From contig OY761159.2 in the NCBI GenBank assembly GCA_963664395.2, positions 2,496,001 to 2,560,000 of the forward strand: a DNA stretch of 64,000 bases. Reading direction: 5' to 3'. Below are positions 49,644 to 59,775 of this stretch, one piece after another. The notes under the pieces are model-generated. The model saw nothing but the letters and a program-made list of their open reading frames with translations, was not told where the DNA came from and ran no database searches. The translations under genes were made by a program, and so were the position numbers. The stretch comes from Candidatus Binatia bacterium. Its GTDB lineage: Bacteria; Desulfobacterota; Binatia; Bin18. Each line of letters starts with the position of its first letter. Position 1 is the first letter of the stretch.

Positions 49644-50153
49644 CTATTCGAGCAGTCCTTCAGGGGGGTCGATAATCACCAGTCGGCCTTCGATGGCGAT
49701 TGTCCGTATCACCTCCTCAACAACAGGGATCAGATATTCTTTTTCCCCATTCCGAACCACGAACACATCATGTCCTGGGGTCGTGAGGATCTCAGCAATA
49801 GTCCCGACAGGCTCTTTTGTCATAGTCTGGATAGGCAGCCCGATCAGCTGGTAGTGGTAAAACTCGCCGGCGTGGAGTTGGGGTAAGGCCGTCTCTTCCA
49901 CAAGCAGGATAGTATCCCGCAGCGCCTCAGCCCGATCTCGAGAATCTATCCCGGCAAATTTGAGGAGGATGAAAGACGCGTGCGGTCGGGCTTGTATGAG
50001 CTCGAACGTCTCTTCCCAAGCGTCTTTCTTGCGGAGCGTGACACACAGACCAGGCTGTAACGTCGGGCACGGAGAAGAGTGGGGGCGTAGACGAACCTCT
50101 CCCCGCACACCATGCGTATTGACCACCCGACCAAGTTCAATCAGTGTGGCCAC
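49644..50153 (-). CDS. rimM: Ribosome maturation factor
   Basis: GRVVNTHGVRGEV, GEFYHYQLIG, LIPVV; synteny. Confidence 0.93.
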   Translation of the reverse strand: MATLIELGRVVNTHGVRGEVRLRPHSSPCPTLQPGLCVTLRKKDAWEETFELIQARPHASFILLKFAGIDSRDRAEALRDTILLVEETALPQLHAGEFYHYQLIGLPIQTMTKEPVGTIAEILTTPGHDVFVVRNGEKEYLIPVVEEVIRTIAIEGRLVIIDPPEGLLE

Positions 50154-50163
50154 GCTGGGAACG

Positions 50164-50400
50164 TTATTTTTCTTCGACAATTTCGAGGACAACTTTACGG
50201 TTTGTTCGGGAAGCCGCTGCATTGAGCAGGGTACGGATCGACTTTGCCGTACGCCCCTGTTTGCCGATAATACGGCCCAGGTCTTCCTTGGCTACACGAA
50301 GCTCAAGGATGGCCGCTGTTTCTCCCTGGATTTCTGAGACCTCGACTTCATCCGGGTTATTCACCAGCGCCCTGGCTAGGTATGCAACAAGCTCTTTCAT
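50164..50400 (-). CDS. khpA: KH-domain RNA-binding protein
   Basis: LVNNPDEV.V, DLGRIIGKQGRTAKSIRTLL. Confidence 0.9.
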   Translation of the reverse strand: MKELVAYLARALVNNPDEVEVSEIQGETAAILELRVAKEDLGRIIGKQGRTAKSIRTLLNAAASRTNRKVVLEIVEEK

Positions 50401-50476
50401 AGTATTCTCCTCTAATGCGTAAGCGTGCACTCCAAATAGACGTGCAGATGTTGGCACGTGTACGCATTATACCAGA

Positions 50477-50725
50477 TCAGGATTCCGGTGCGTTCCCTGC
50501 CTTTTTGATGAGCCGCGCGACGGTCCCAGTCGGCTGAGCCCCGTTCTTCAGCCATTTTGCAAGCCTGTCCTGCTTGATCTCGATCAGCGCCGGCTCCTGA
50601 GTCGGATCATACGAGCCGAGCCGTTCCAGAAATCGCCCATCCCGTGGCGCCCGTGAGTCTGCAGCAACGATACGATAGAAGGGGCGCTTTTTTGCCCCGT
50701 GTCGAGCCAGTCGAATTTTTACCAT
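50477..50725 (-). CDS. rpsP: 30S ribosomal protein S16
   Basis: [35 protein letters not shown]. Confidence 0.98.
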   Translation of the reverse strand: MVKIRLARHGAKKRPFYRIVAADSRAPRDGRFLERLGSYDPTQEPALIEIKQDRLAKWLKNGAQPTGTVARLIKKAGNAPES

Positions 50726-50731
50726 AATCTT

Positions 50732-52090
50732 TTAGTGTCCCCAGGCTGGGAGAGAAAGGCGCTTTTTCATGTTCTTTCCTCCGCCAGCCCCAGAAAGCCT
50801 CCTCATCATCTTTTTTGCTTCGAGATACTGCTTGAGAAACCGGTTCACTTCAACCACCGAGGTTCCGCTTCCCTTGGCAATCCGTTTCCGCCGGCTGCCG
50901 TTCAGGAGCTCCGGTTTCCGCCGCTCTTCTTGTGTCATTGAGCTAATGATTGCTTCAACGTGTTTAAACTCTTTTTCCGCCCCCTCCATATCGGTGCCCT
51001 TGAGCATTTTCTTCGCCCCAGGAAGCAGCGCCACCAAATCCGTGATTGAGCCCATTTGTTTGACCATGCGCATCTGCTCTTGAAAGTCTTCCAGGGTAAA
51101 CTGATTTTTCCTGAGCTTCTTTTCAAGCACCTCAGCCTGCTGCTGGTCATAAACCTTTTCGGCCTTTTCGATCAACGACAACACATCGCCCATGCCCAGG
51201 ATGCGCGAGGCGATGCGATCAGGGTGAAAGGGCTCTAAGGCATCGAGTTTCTCCCCGATACCGGCAAACAGAATGGGCTTGCCGGTGACAGAGCGTAAGG
51301 ACAATGCTGCCCCGCCTCGGGCATCGCCTTCAACTTTGGTCAGCACGACGCCGTCGATGGAGAGACGGCTGTGAAAACCTTGCGCGACGTTCACCGCTTC
51401 CTGGCCTGTCATGGCATCTGCCACAAGCAGGGTTTGATGCGGCTGGAGCACAGTTTTCATCCGCTCCAGGTCGGCCATCAACTCGGCGTCAACCTGCAAA
51501 CGGCCGGCGGTATCAACCACCGCAACGTCACACCCCCTCTTGTGCGCTTCGGCAATCCCGGCTTGGGCGACCACAACCGGGTCGAGGGCCGAGCCGTCAT
51601 TCGGGGTCGGATAGACCGGAACGCCAATCTCTTGGGCGAGAATGCTGAGCTGATCAATGGCCGCCGGACGAAACGTATCTGCCGGAACAAGGTAGGGGGT
51701 GCGTTGCCGTTCTCGTGCCAGATAGCGAGCGAGCTTGCCCGCGGTCGTCGTTTTGCCCGAACCATTCAAGCCCACCAGCAGAATGACAACGGGGGGCTGA
51801 GCTGACAGGTCCAACTCGGTCTGCTCGCCACCCAAGAGCGCGACCAGCTCTGCATTAACAACTTTAATGAGCTGTTGGCCGGGCGAGAGGCTGGCCAACA
51901 CGTCCTGACCGAGTGCCTGCGTCCGAATCCGTTCGACAAAGTCTTTGACTACGCGGAAATTGACATCCGCTTCCAGCAGTGCCAGACGCACTTCACGCAA
52001 GGCTTCATCAATGTTTTTTTCGGTCAGTCTGGTGTGTCCACGCACACGGCGCAACACCCCATCCAGCTTTTCTCCTAGAGCCTCAAACAT
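50732..52090 (-). CDS. ffh: Signal recognition particle protein
   Basis: GLNGSGKTTT, DTAGR, DARGGAALS, FHPDRIASRILGMGD, M domain. Confidence 0.97.
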   Translation of the reverse strand: MFEALGEKLDGVLRRVRGHTRLTEKNIDEALREVRLALLEADVNFRVVKDFVERIRTQALGQDVLASLSPGQQLIKVVNAELVALLGGEQTELDLSAQPPVVILLVGLNGSGKTTTAGKLARYLARERQRTPYLVPADTFRPAAIDQLSILAQEIGVPVYPTPNDGSALDPVVVAQAGIAEAHKRGCDVAVVDTAGRLQVDAELMADLERMKTVLQPHQTLLVADAMTGQEAVNVAQGFHSRLSIDGVVLTKVEGDARGGAALSLRSVTGKPILFAGIGEKLDALEPFHPDRIASRILGMGDVLSLIEKAEKVYDQQQAEVLEKKLRKNQFTLEDFQEQMRMVKQMGSITDLVALLPGAKKMLKGTDMEGAEKEFKHVEAIISSMTQEERRKPELLNGSRRKRIAKGSGTSVVEVNRFLKQYLEAKKMMRRLSGAGGGKNMKKRLSLPAWGH

Positions 52091-52240
52091 GCCACTTCAC
52101 ACAGTTCTGTCGAACCTTCCCCACATACAGAAACAGGGGTAGAAAGTCAATCAATTGGGCCTCCCGCTCACTGCCCGCGTCAATCGCGCCGAGCGTGGCT
52201 CTTGCTTGCGTGGCATCTCGAAATCCGTTAGCTGTAGGGG

Positions 52241-52684
52241 ATGGGAGCTAAGCCAAGCAAATTCCTCGTGGGAGCCCTGCTCATCGTCAGCGCGGTCGGT
52301 TATCTTATTTATACGGGCATACAGGAAACAAAAGTCTATTACTTCACCATGGACGAATTTCTTCTGAAAAAGGCGGCGCTGGCCAATGAAGACATCCGGG
52401 TCGCCGGTCGGGTGCAGGCCGGCTCTATCCAGTGGGACCCTGCGGCGCTCAATCTGACGTTTGTTCTCACGCCCATTGAGCAGGAACCAACCCCTGTTGA
52501 AGTGACCCAAGCCGGCGTCTCGGTCTCGTACCAAGGGATTTTGCCAGATATGTTTGCAGAGGGTCGAGACGTTATTATCGAGGGCCTGTATACGCCGGAA
52601 CAACAACTGGTCGCTTCGACGATTATGACGAGCTGTCCGTCAAAATATGAGCCCGAAATCGAACAGCGACTCCAAAAAAGCTAA
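52241..52684 (+). CDS. ccmE: Heme chaperone CcmE, CxxxY variant
   Basis: VYYFT, V.Y.G..PDMF.EG..V..EG, terminal CPSKY. Confidence 0.9.
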   Translation: MGAKPSKFLVGALLIVSAVGYLIYTGIQETKVYYFTMDEFLLKKAALANEDIRVAGRVQAGSIQWDPAALNLTFVLTPIEQEPTPVEVTQAGVSVSYQGILPDMFAEGRDVIIEGLYTPEQQLVASTIMTSCPSKYEPEIEQRLQKS

Positions 52685-52787
52685 TGGAGAGCTAACGGCT
52701 GAGCATGTCCTCAGCCAAGGACCAGGCGAGTGACCGCGGTCCCGGTTTTTCCACTTTCAGCCAGACACACGAGAGAGCAGTTGACCT

Positions 52788-54785
52788 ATGACACATCTTG
52801 GTACCCTCGCCCTCTACCTTGCGAGCTTGTTATCCGCCTATGCTGTTATTACTTCCCTCTGGGGCGTTCGGACGCGCAGGACGGCGTGGATTGCCAGCGG
52901 AACCCAGGCCGCTCACGCGGTATGCGGCTGCGTGGTTATTGCGTCAATCGCCCTCCTGCACGCCCTTTTGACGCGGGATTTTAATGTCGAATACGTTGCG
53001 AGCTACTCCAGCTCGACCTTACCCATACAGTATACGGTCGCGGCGTTTTGGGGTGGGCAAAAAGGCTCGCTCCTGTTCTGGGCGTTGATTCATTGCCTTT
53101 TTTCTTCGGTCGTCCTCTTCCAGAATCGCACCAAAAACCAAGAGCTGATGCCGTATGTGACGGCGACGCTTATGATCATTGCCTTATTTTTCCTCGGCCT
53201 GTTGTGTTTCATTACTCCCCCGTTTGAACGCCTGTCTTTCATCCCAAACGAAGGCTCGGATCTCAATCCCTTACTCCAGAATTACTGGATGACGATTCAT
53301 CCCCCGGCCCTGTATTTGGGCTTTATCAGTGCGTCCGTCCCATTCGCTTTTGCGATGGCTGCCCTGGCCACAGGGAAACTGGGCGACGTATGGATCCGGA
53401 CCACGCGCCGTTGGGCCTTGACCTCCTGGTTTTTTCTCTCTTTGGGCAATTTACTGGGTGGACGCTGGGCCTATGAAGTGCTGGGCTGGGGTGGCTACTG
53501 GGCGTGGGACCCGGTTGAGAACGCGGCGATTATGCCCTGGTTTACCGCAACCGCCTATCTCCACTCGGTCATGATCCAAGAGAAGAAAGACATGCTCAAG
53601 ATATGGAATATGACCTTGGTCATCCTGACCTTTGCACTGACGATTTTCGGAACATTCCTGACGCGCAGCGGTGTTATCTCCTCAGTCCACTCTTTTACCC
53701 AGTCCGGCTTGGGACCATATTTTCTGACGTTCCTGGCCTTTATCCTGATCGTTTCAATCGGGCTTCTCATCTATCGTGTGCCGGACTTGAAGAGTACGAA
53801 TGAGTTCGACTCTCTGTTGTCCCGCGAATCGGCATTCCTGTTTAACAATCTCGTCCTCGTGGGTCTTGCCTTTGCCACGTTTTGGGGAACCATTTTCCCG
53901 ATCCTGTCCGAGTGGGTCCGTGGAGTAAAGATCACTGTCGGTCCGCCTTTCTTCAATCAGGTGAACGGCCCGCTGGGGGTGCTGTTATTGTTCTTAACCG
54001 GGATTGGGCCCATTATTGCCTGGCGCCGGGCAAGCTGGATCAGCCTCAGACGGCAGTTTGCGATCCCCCTTCTCGTGGGACTGACAATGGGGGTCGGGTT
54101 TTTTGTGCTTGGCTACCGCAACTATTACGCGGTTGTCATCTTTTCCTTAGTCGGATTTGTCCTGGCTGCTATCCTGGCCGAGTTCTCTCGCGGGACACGC
54201 GCCCGACAGGCGATGCTGCACGAAAGCCCGCCTCAGGCCCTGAGTCATTTGGTCGGCAAAAATCCGCGCCGGTACGGCGGCTATATCGTTCATATTGGCG
54301 TGGTCCTGATTTTCTTTGGAGTGGCAGGCGCGTTTTTCACCATTGAAAAACAGATTACAGTGAGCGCGGAGCAATCCTTTGACGTTGGCCGCTACACCCT
54401 CCTCTACACCGGGATCACCGAAAGCGAAGACGCGCATATTGCCGCACAGATCGCTACCGTGCAGGTTGTGGTTGACGGCCAGCAGATCGATACCATGTAT
54501 CCGGAGAAACGCTTCTATAAAAAACAAAACCAGCCCACCACAGAGGTCGATATTCGGCCGACCCTCCTTGAGGACCTCTATCTCGTCCTGGGCAGCTACG
54601 ATGCGCCGTCGGGCCTGGCAACCTTCCAGGTCTTTATTAATCCGCTCGTATCCTGGATTTGGATCGGCGGGTTCATCCTGATTCTTGGCACCTGTGTCAT
54701 CATGGCCCCGAATCCGGCTGAGCGCCACGCCTTTGCCCTGGCACGCGCATCAGCAGAAATACGAGGGGAAGTTGTTGCAGATTAG
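52788..54785 (+). CDS. ccmF: Heme lyase CcmF
   Basis: LNPLLQ...IHPP, WAYEVLGWGGYWAWDPVEN, LTRSG...SVHSF. Confidence 0.95.
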   Translation: MTHLGTLALYLASLLSAYAVITSLWGVRTRRTAWIASGTQAAHAVCGCVVIASIALLHALLTRDFNVEYVASYSSSTLPIQYTVAAFWGGQKGSLLFWALIHCLFSSVVLFQNRTKNQELMPYVTATLMIIALFFLGLLCFITPPFERLSFIPNEGSDLNPLLQNYWMTIHPPALYLGFISASVPFAFAMAALATGKLGDVWIRTTRRWALTSWFFLSLGNLLGGRWAYEVLGWGGYWAWDPVENAAIMPWFTATAYLHSVMIQEKKDMLKIWNMTLVILTFALTIFGTFLTRSGVISSVHSFTQSGLGPYFLTFLAFILIVSIGLLIYRVPDLKSTNEFDSLLSRESAFLFNNLVLVGLAFATFWGTIFPILSEWVRGVKITVGPPFFNQVNGPLGVLLLFLTGIGPIIAWRRASWISLRRQFAIPLLVGLTMGVGFFVLGYRNYYAVVIFSLVGFVLAAILAEFSRGTRARQAMLHESPPQALSHLVGKNPRRYGGYIVHIGVVLIFFGVAGAFFTIEKQITVSAEQSFDVGRYTLLYTGITESEDAHIAAQIATVQVVVDGQQIDTMYPEKRFYKKQNQPTTEVDIRPTLLEDLYLVLGSYDAPSGLATFQVFINPLVSWIWIGGFILILGTCVIMAPNPAERHAFALARASAEIRGEVVAD

Positions 54786-55248
54786 CTCCCTCCTCTCCGG
54801 GCTTCTGTTCGTTGTGAGTATCAGCGGCGCGGCCGTTGCCGCGCCGACGAATCAGGAGATGGAAGCCTCGCTCACCTGTCAATGTAGCTGTGGCCTGACT
54901 GTCCATAACTGCAATCATTTACAGTGTGGCTTTGCGATTCCAGCTAAAGAGCAGATTGCTGAGCAGCTTGAACAAGGCAAATCACGCCAGGCTATTCTTT
55001 CCTCTTTTGTTGTTCGTTACGGAGAAAAAGTGCTGTCTTCACCAACGGCGACGGGCTTTAATCTTGTCGCCTGGATAGCGCCCTTTCTTGTTGTTTTTAT
55101 TGGTGCTGTCAGTATTGGGTTCATTGTGCTCCGCTGGACAAAAAATCGTCCCCACGCCCAGGCTGTGTCACCCTCCACCACCCCCACAGCGACACCGAAT
55201 CCCTATCAGGAACGACTCGAAAAAGAGCTCAAGACGTTCGAGAGCTAA
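54772..55248 (+). CDS. ccmH: CcmH/CcmL-like protein, Cys-rich variant
   Basis: LTCQCSCG...C...C, FV.RYGE.VL..P...GFN..AW..P. Confidence 0.75.
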   Translation: MLQISSLLSGLLFVVSISGAAVAAPTNQEMEASLTCQCSCGLTVHNCNHLQCGFAIPAKEQIAEQLEQGKSRQAILSSFVVRYGEKVLSSPTATGFNLVAWIAPFLVVFIGAVSIGFIVLRWTKNRPHAQAVSPSTTPTATPNPYQERLEKELKTFES

Positions 55249-55258
55249 ACGGAAATCC

Positions 55259-55558
55259 ATGACCTTTGTGCTGTATGCTGCTGGTATTGTTCTGGTGGGG
55301 CTGATTGCCACCCTTGTTGCCTGGCCCTTACTCTCTGTACAAACAGAATCTCTCCGGTCTATCCCGGCAGCGGACCAAGTCGTACGCTGGGAAAAACAAA
55401 AAGCGAATGCCTATGCCGCTATGAAAGAAGCGGAATTTGACAAACAAATGGGAAAGCTCACGGACGAGGATTATCAATTTATTCGTCAGAAATACGAAAC
55501 GCGCGCAGTGGAAGCCCTCACGCAACTCGATCAGCTTACCCGGAAAGGGCAGGGCTAG
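55259..55558 (+). CDS. Small membrane protein resembling the CcmI N-terminus
   Basis: TM helix, AWPL, KE.EFD...GKL..EDY. Confidence 0.65.
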   Translation: MTFVLYAAGIVLVGLIATLVAWPLLSVQTESLRSIPAADQVVRWEKQKANAYAAMKEAEFDKQMGKLTDEDYQFIRQKYETRAVEALTQLDQLTRKGQG

Positions 55559-55596
55559 GCACAGTCTCGTGGTGCGCTCCTTGCCGTACACGCATA

Positions 55597-56298
55597 ATGA
55601 GTAATTGGGTCGTTGAGGCGCGAAATCTCTACAAGACCTTTGCGTGGACTCCAGTCCTCAACGATATATCGTGCCGCATTGCCCCTGCCGAGGTCGTCGG
55701 CATATTTGGGCCGAACGGAGCGGGCAAGACGACGCTGTTACGACTCTTTGCTACGCTGCTGAGACCAACCGCAGGAACGCTGAGCCTGTTTGACTCAGCC
55801 TCTTCCGACCTTGCCGTCCGTCGAAAAATCGGCTTTCTCGGACATGACAGTTGCCTGTATCCGGATCTCACACCAGAAGAGAACTTGACGTTTTACGGCA
55901 AAGCCTATCAGGTCACGGACCTCAAAGACCGGATCGCCAAACAATTGGCACACGTCGGCTTACAAGACTGGCGGACAACGCCGGTCCGTCATTTTTCGCG
56001 GGGGATGGAACAGCGTCTCAGTTTGGCGCGTGCCCTCTTGCACGACCCGGAGCTCTTCCTGCTCGACGAGCCCGACACCGGCCTTGATACCAGGGCCATC
56101 TCGACCCTCCATGCCACCCTGGCTCAGGCAAAGGACCGGGGAAAAACTGTCATTCTGACCTCGCACGATTTTGAGCGGAGCAGGGAGCTGTGTACCCGTG
56201 CCCTTATCCTGCACCGTGGACGGCTTGCCTGGCAATCGGAGGAGACACTCCCGTCTCCGCAAGAATTTGTCGAATTCTATACTGCTTGCACGCACTAG
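55597..56298 (+). CDS. ccmA: Heme exporter ATPase
   Basis: GPNGAGKTT, FSRGMEQR, LLDEP.TGLD; ccm context. Confidence 0.9.
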   Translation: MSNWVVEARNLYKTFAWTPVLNDISCRIAPAEVVGIFGPNGAGKTTLLRLFATLLRPTAGTLSLFDSASSDLAVRRKIGFLGHDSCLYPDLTPEENLTFYGKAYQVTDLKDRIAKQLAHVGLQDWRTTPVRHFSRGMEQRLSLARALLHDPELFLLDEPDTGLDTRAISTLHATLAQAKDRGKTVILTSHDFERSRELCTRALILHRGRLAWQSEETLPSPQEFVEFYTACTH

Positions 56299-56306
56299 GC
56301 TGTCCC

Positions 56307-56960
56307 ATGTGGGCGATTCTTTGGAAAGATATTCTCTTAGAGCTGCGGACCAAAGAACGAGTGTCTTCTCTGTTGGTCCTGGCCCTGCTTATCGTCCTGG
56401 TGTTTGTCTTTGCCCTCACGCCAGAGCAACTGAAACACCCGGCCTTTGGTTCTGCCCTCCTCTGGGTCGCGCTCGTCTTTGCCGGTATGTTGAGCATCCA
56501 GCGCACATTCATCCTTGAACAGGAACGCAACTGCTTGACCGGTCTCTTACTCTGCCCCATTGATCCCGGCCAGGTGTTTTTTGCAAAGTTCCTGAGCAAC
56601 GTTTTCTTTCTGACTGTGGTTGAAGCAGTTGTTGCGCCACTCACGCTTGCGCTGCTCGGCCTGTCTTTCTCGTTCTCTCTCCTTGCCCTCCCTCTCGTTC
56701 TGCTGTTCGGTATTGTCGGCTTTTCAGCCCTTGGGACGCTGTTTGCTGCGATTGCCGTTCGAACGCGCGCGCGCGAAATTATTCTGCCGTTGATGCTCCT
56801 CCCCCTCCTTGTCCCGCTGTTCATTGCGGCGGTGAATGTCACTGGAGCACTCCTGGCTGGAGAAGTGTGGACAGGGGTATGGTTCCGGGTCCTCATCGCG
56901 TTTGATGTTATTTTTGTGGTGACCGGCTGGCTGACGTTTGGTTTTGTTGTGCAAGAATAG
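56307..56960 (+). CDS. ccmB: Heme exporter permease
   Basis: KD..LELR, LWV...FAG, RE..LP..LLPL.VP. Confidence 0.9.
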   Translation: MWAILWKDILLELRTKERVSSLLVLALLIVLVFVFALTPEQLKHPAFGSALLWVALVFAGMLSIQRTFILEQERNCLTGLLLCPIDPGQVFFAKFLSNVFFLTVVEAVVAPLTLALLGLSFSFSLLALPLVLLFGIVGFSALGTLFAAIAVRTRAREIILPLMLLPLLVPLFIAAVNVTGALLAGEVWTGVWFRVLIAFDVIFVVTGWLTFGFVVQE

Positions 56961-56988
56961 GAGGCCCGCGGGGTATAATGGAGCTCGT

Positions 56989-57672
56989 ATGAAACAAGTG
57001 ACGTCCAGTTCTCATCTGTCTGACACCATCCTGCCGTGGCTCACCGGCGCGGCTATGTTGGCGGCCCTGGCTATGGTCTTTGTGTATGTCCCGAATGAAC
57101 GGGTGCAAGGCGAGGTGCAGCGCATTTTCTATTTTCATCTGCCGTCAGCCTGGATGGCTTTTCTTGGCTTCTTTATCGTGGCTGGGGCGAGTGCGGCATT
57201 CTTATGGCAAGGCAAGCGGGCGGCTGACCTACTGGCTCAGGCCGCGGCGGAAGTTGGTATGGTGTTCTGTTCCCTTGTCCTGCTGACCGGCCCCCTCTGG
57301 GCGCGTCCTATCTGGGGCGTGTGGTGGACCTGGGACCCTCGTCTCACTATGACGCTGGTGTTATGGCTGATTTATGCCGCCTATGTCCTGCTGCGTGTTT
57401 TTGCCGGGGATAATGAGACGGCCGCTCGGTATGCCGCCGTCCTGGGTATTATCGGCGTGATCGACATCCCCCTGCTCTATATTGCCATTCGTCTGTGGCG
57501 TGGCATCCACCCCAAGGTCGAACAAATGGCGCCGGAGATGGCCTGGACGCTCCTGGTGTGTACCGGGGCGTTTGTGTGTGTGTTTACGTGGTTGTTACAA
57601 CTCAGGTTACGCAGCCTGCAGTTGCGCGACGAAATTAGAGCCCTGCGTCAGCACGTAGTAGCCGCCTCATAG
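56989..57672 (+). CDS. ccmC: Heme exporter protein C
   Basis: RIFYFHLP.AW, TGPLWARPIWGVWWTWDPRLT, WRGIHP. Confidence 0.93.
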   Translation: MKQVTSSSHLSDTILPWLTGAAMLAALAMVFVYVPNERVQGEVQRIFYFHLPSAWMAFLGFFIVAGASAAFLWQGKRAADLLAQAAAEVGMVFCSLVLLTGPLWARPIWGVWWTWDPRLTMTLVLWLIYAAYVLLRVFAGDNETAARYAAVLGIIGVIDIPLLYIAIRLWRGIHPKVEQMAPEMAWTLLVCTGAFVCVFTWLLQLRLRSLQLRDEIRALRQHVVAAS

Positions 57673-57685
57673 AAAAGGAAAGGAT

Positions 57686-57868
57686 ATGTCGTATTTGTTT
57701 GCTGCGTTCAGCATCGTGTGGATCGTTATTTTTCTGTACGTGCTTTCCATCTCCCGCCGCCAGCGTGAGCTGTCCCGGGAGGTTGAAATGCTTCGTCAGC
57801 TGGTCGGCCAGCAACCAACTGATACGTCCTCTGCGTCTACTGCTTCAGCGGGCGGAAATTCATCCTGA
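57686..57868 (+). CDS. ccmD: CcmD family protein
   Basis: YLFAAF..VW...F.Y...I..RQ..L, directly after ccmC. Confidence 0.75.
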   Translation: MSYLFAAFSIVWIVIFLYVLSISRRQRELSREVEMLRQLVGQQPTDTSSASTASAGGNSS

Positions 57869-58667
57869 GCAGTTCTTCGAGATGGGCCGGATGACAGGCT
57901 AAAATGGGCTCTTCCGGGGCGTCCGGATGTTCTCTCGTCTTCCGCACCATTTCCGTCGGCGTAACCGGCTCGCCAGAAAGCCGATACAGGCCCCCCCCAG
58001 CCGCCCATAAAACCATTGCTGCCGCCGCAATATCGTAAAAGTGAAAACGGGTGAGAAAGGTTGCCTGGAGTGCTCCTGTGGCGACCAGGATGACCTCGTA
58101 GCCCGAGACGCCGAGACTCCGAATCTTGCCTGGATATTGACTGAGATTCCACCGCTGCGCGTCAGACGAGACACCCAGATAGTCAGACTTTTTGATGGCG
58201 TGGGGGGCTGTTGGGATGACCAGCGGTTTCGTATTCCATTGTCCCCTTGTCCCCTGCTCGCTCACAAAGAGATGTTGGGCCTCCGGCATGCTGAAAATGC
58301 CGCTGAACGGCTCCCACAGGTCGGCCCTCGCTTGTTGCTGAAACACCGCCAGGGAAATGCCCCAAATAGGGATATGACTACGGAATGCCGAGGTCCCATC
58401 GATCGGATCGAGTATGGTAATGTAAGAAGCTGAACGGTTTCCGGACCAGCCCTGCTCTTCCCCAAAAATACCCACGTCCCCTTGAAAAAGCACTGCCAGC
58501 TCGTGTCTCAGAAAACGCTCAATGTCTCCATCCGCGGGGGTGACCCACGAGCCATCAGGTTTGAGTGCACTCGGACTCCTGCCATACTGGTCTCTGGCTA
58601 TTTGATCAGCGAGGCGTATGAGCTCTCTGATCCGCTCAAATTTTTGTGATGCGTCCACCCTATACAC
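57837..58667 (-). CDS. Inositol monophosphatase family protein
   Basis: K.DGS.VT.AD, GEE, ILDPIDGT..F, YDIAAA. Confidence 0.85.
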   Translation of the reverse strand: MYRVDASQKFERIRELIRLADQIARDQYGRSPSALKPDGSWVTPADGDIERFLRHELAVLFQGDVGIFGEEQGWSGNRSASYITILDPIDGTSAFRSHIPIWGISLAVFQQQARADLWEPFSGIFSMPEAQHLFVSEQGTRGQWNTKPLVIPTAPHAIKKSDYLGVSSDAQRWNLSQYPGKIRSLGVSGYEVILVATGALQATFLTRFHFYDIAAAAMVLWAAGGGLYRLSGEPVTPTEMVRKTREHPDAPEEPILACHPAHLEELLRMNFRPLKQ

Positions 58668-58676
58668 CGCGTCCTG

Positions 58677-58774
58677 TGCTTCGACTCCGCCGCTGAAGCG
58701 GCTACGCTCAGCACGAACGGGGAGGAGCCTCTTTCTTCCGCTCATCCTGAGCGTGGCGAAGCAAAGTCGAAGGG
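58677..58774. repeat. REP-like nested palindrome
   Basis: CTTCGACT...ACGCTCAGCACGAACGG / CCGCTCATCCTGAGCGT...AGTCGAAG inverted arms in the intergenic gap. Confidence 0.7.
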
Positions 58775-58779
58775 TCCTC

Positions 58780-59754
58780 TTACCCGTACGGCCCTCCGCC
58801 AAACTCCTCAAACAGTTCGCCCACCACCTGTGCCGTTCGGGCGGGGTCGTGCCGCACGAGAGAGTTGGCAGACATGACATTCCCGAATTTCACCACTTTT
58901 ACCCCAAGGTCATAGAGCGCTCCAACATCGAGCCTCACTTGCGCGGCCTGCTCTTCTTGATACTTGCGCGCCAGTTCTTTGGGCACCTCGCCCCGGTGGA
59001 CAACCACCGCATCGGGGAGTCTGCCGGCATACTCAGCCAGCTTTGTCACATGTTGAGAGGCTGAGTAGCCATCAGTTTCTCCATGCCGGGTCATTAAGTT
59101 GAGAATGTAAATGATCGGCGCCCGCGCGTTTTTGAGCGCTTCCGGAATGCCGGTGACCAACAAATTGGGAATGGTTGAAGTGTACAGATTCCCCGGCGCA
59201 AAGATAATGAAATCACTCTCCTGCAGGGCCTGCAGGGCCTCGGGGTTGGCCTGTGCCTCGGGCTGGAGATACACCCGTTGGATCGGGCTGGATGAGTTAT
59301 GCTTGGGAACGTCAATATTGGCCTCTCCCTCGATCAGAGTCCCATCCGCCAGCTCCGCGTACAGATGCGCGTGGTCCCAGGTCACGGCCAATACGCGCCC
59401 CCGGATTTTGAGTATCCGGCTGATCGCTTCGATCGCCTGTTGCTCGGATTCCAGAATTTTTGTCAGGGCGAGAAAAAAGAGATTCCCAAAGCTGCGGCCC
59501 TCAAGAGGGGCATCCACAAAACGAAAAGAAAACAGATCGCGTAAGAGTTGGGTCTCTTCCGACAAGGCAACCAGACAGCGACGCATATCACCTGGTGGCA
59601 GCACACCGAATTCATCTCGGAGACGCCCTGAGTCACCGCCTGAATCCATCATGGTCACGATGGATTGTATCCACAGGTCTGCATACGCTCGCAGACCTGA
59701 CAGGATGTTAAACGACCCGGTCCCGCCTCCAATAACGCTCACTCTCCGTCGCAT
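58780..59754 (-). CDS. YvcK/GlmR (UPF0052, CofD-like) protein
   Basis: IGGGTG, DSGGDSGRLR...PPGD.RRCL.AL, PGNLYTS.IPNL, RHD. Confidence 0.9.
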   Translation of the reverse strand: MRRRVSVIGGGTGSFNILSGLRAYADLWIQSIVTMMDSGGDSGRLRDEFGVLPPGDMRRCLVALSEETQLLRDLFSFRFVDAPLEGRSFGNLFFLALTKILESEQQAIEAISRILKIRGRVLAVTWDHAHLYAELADGTLIEGEANIDVPKHNSSSPIQRVYLQPEAQANPEALQALQESDFIIFAPGNLYTSTIPNLLVTGIPEALKNARAPIIYILNLMTRHGETDGYSASQHVTKLAEYAGRLPDAVVVHRGEVPKELARKYQEEQAAQVRLDVGALYDLGVKVVKFGNVMSANSLVRHDPARTAQVVGELFEEFGGGPYG

Positions 59755-59775
59755 ACTCGCCTGCCCTCATACGTC

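Noticed and set aside
58668-58880. Extended IMPase N-terminus
   Set aside because: It reads through a REP-like palindrome and the yvcK end. A GTG at 58667 with AGGA upstream is more plausible.
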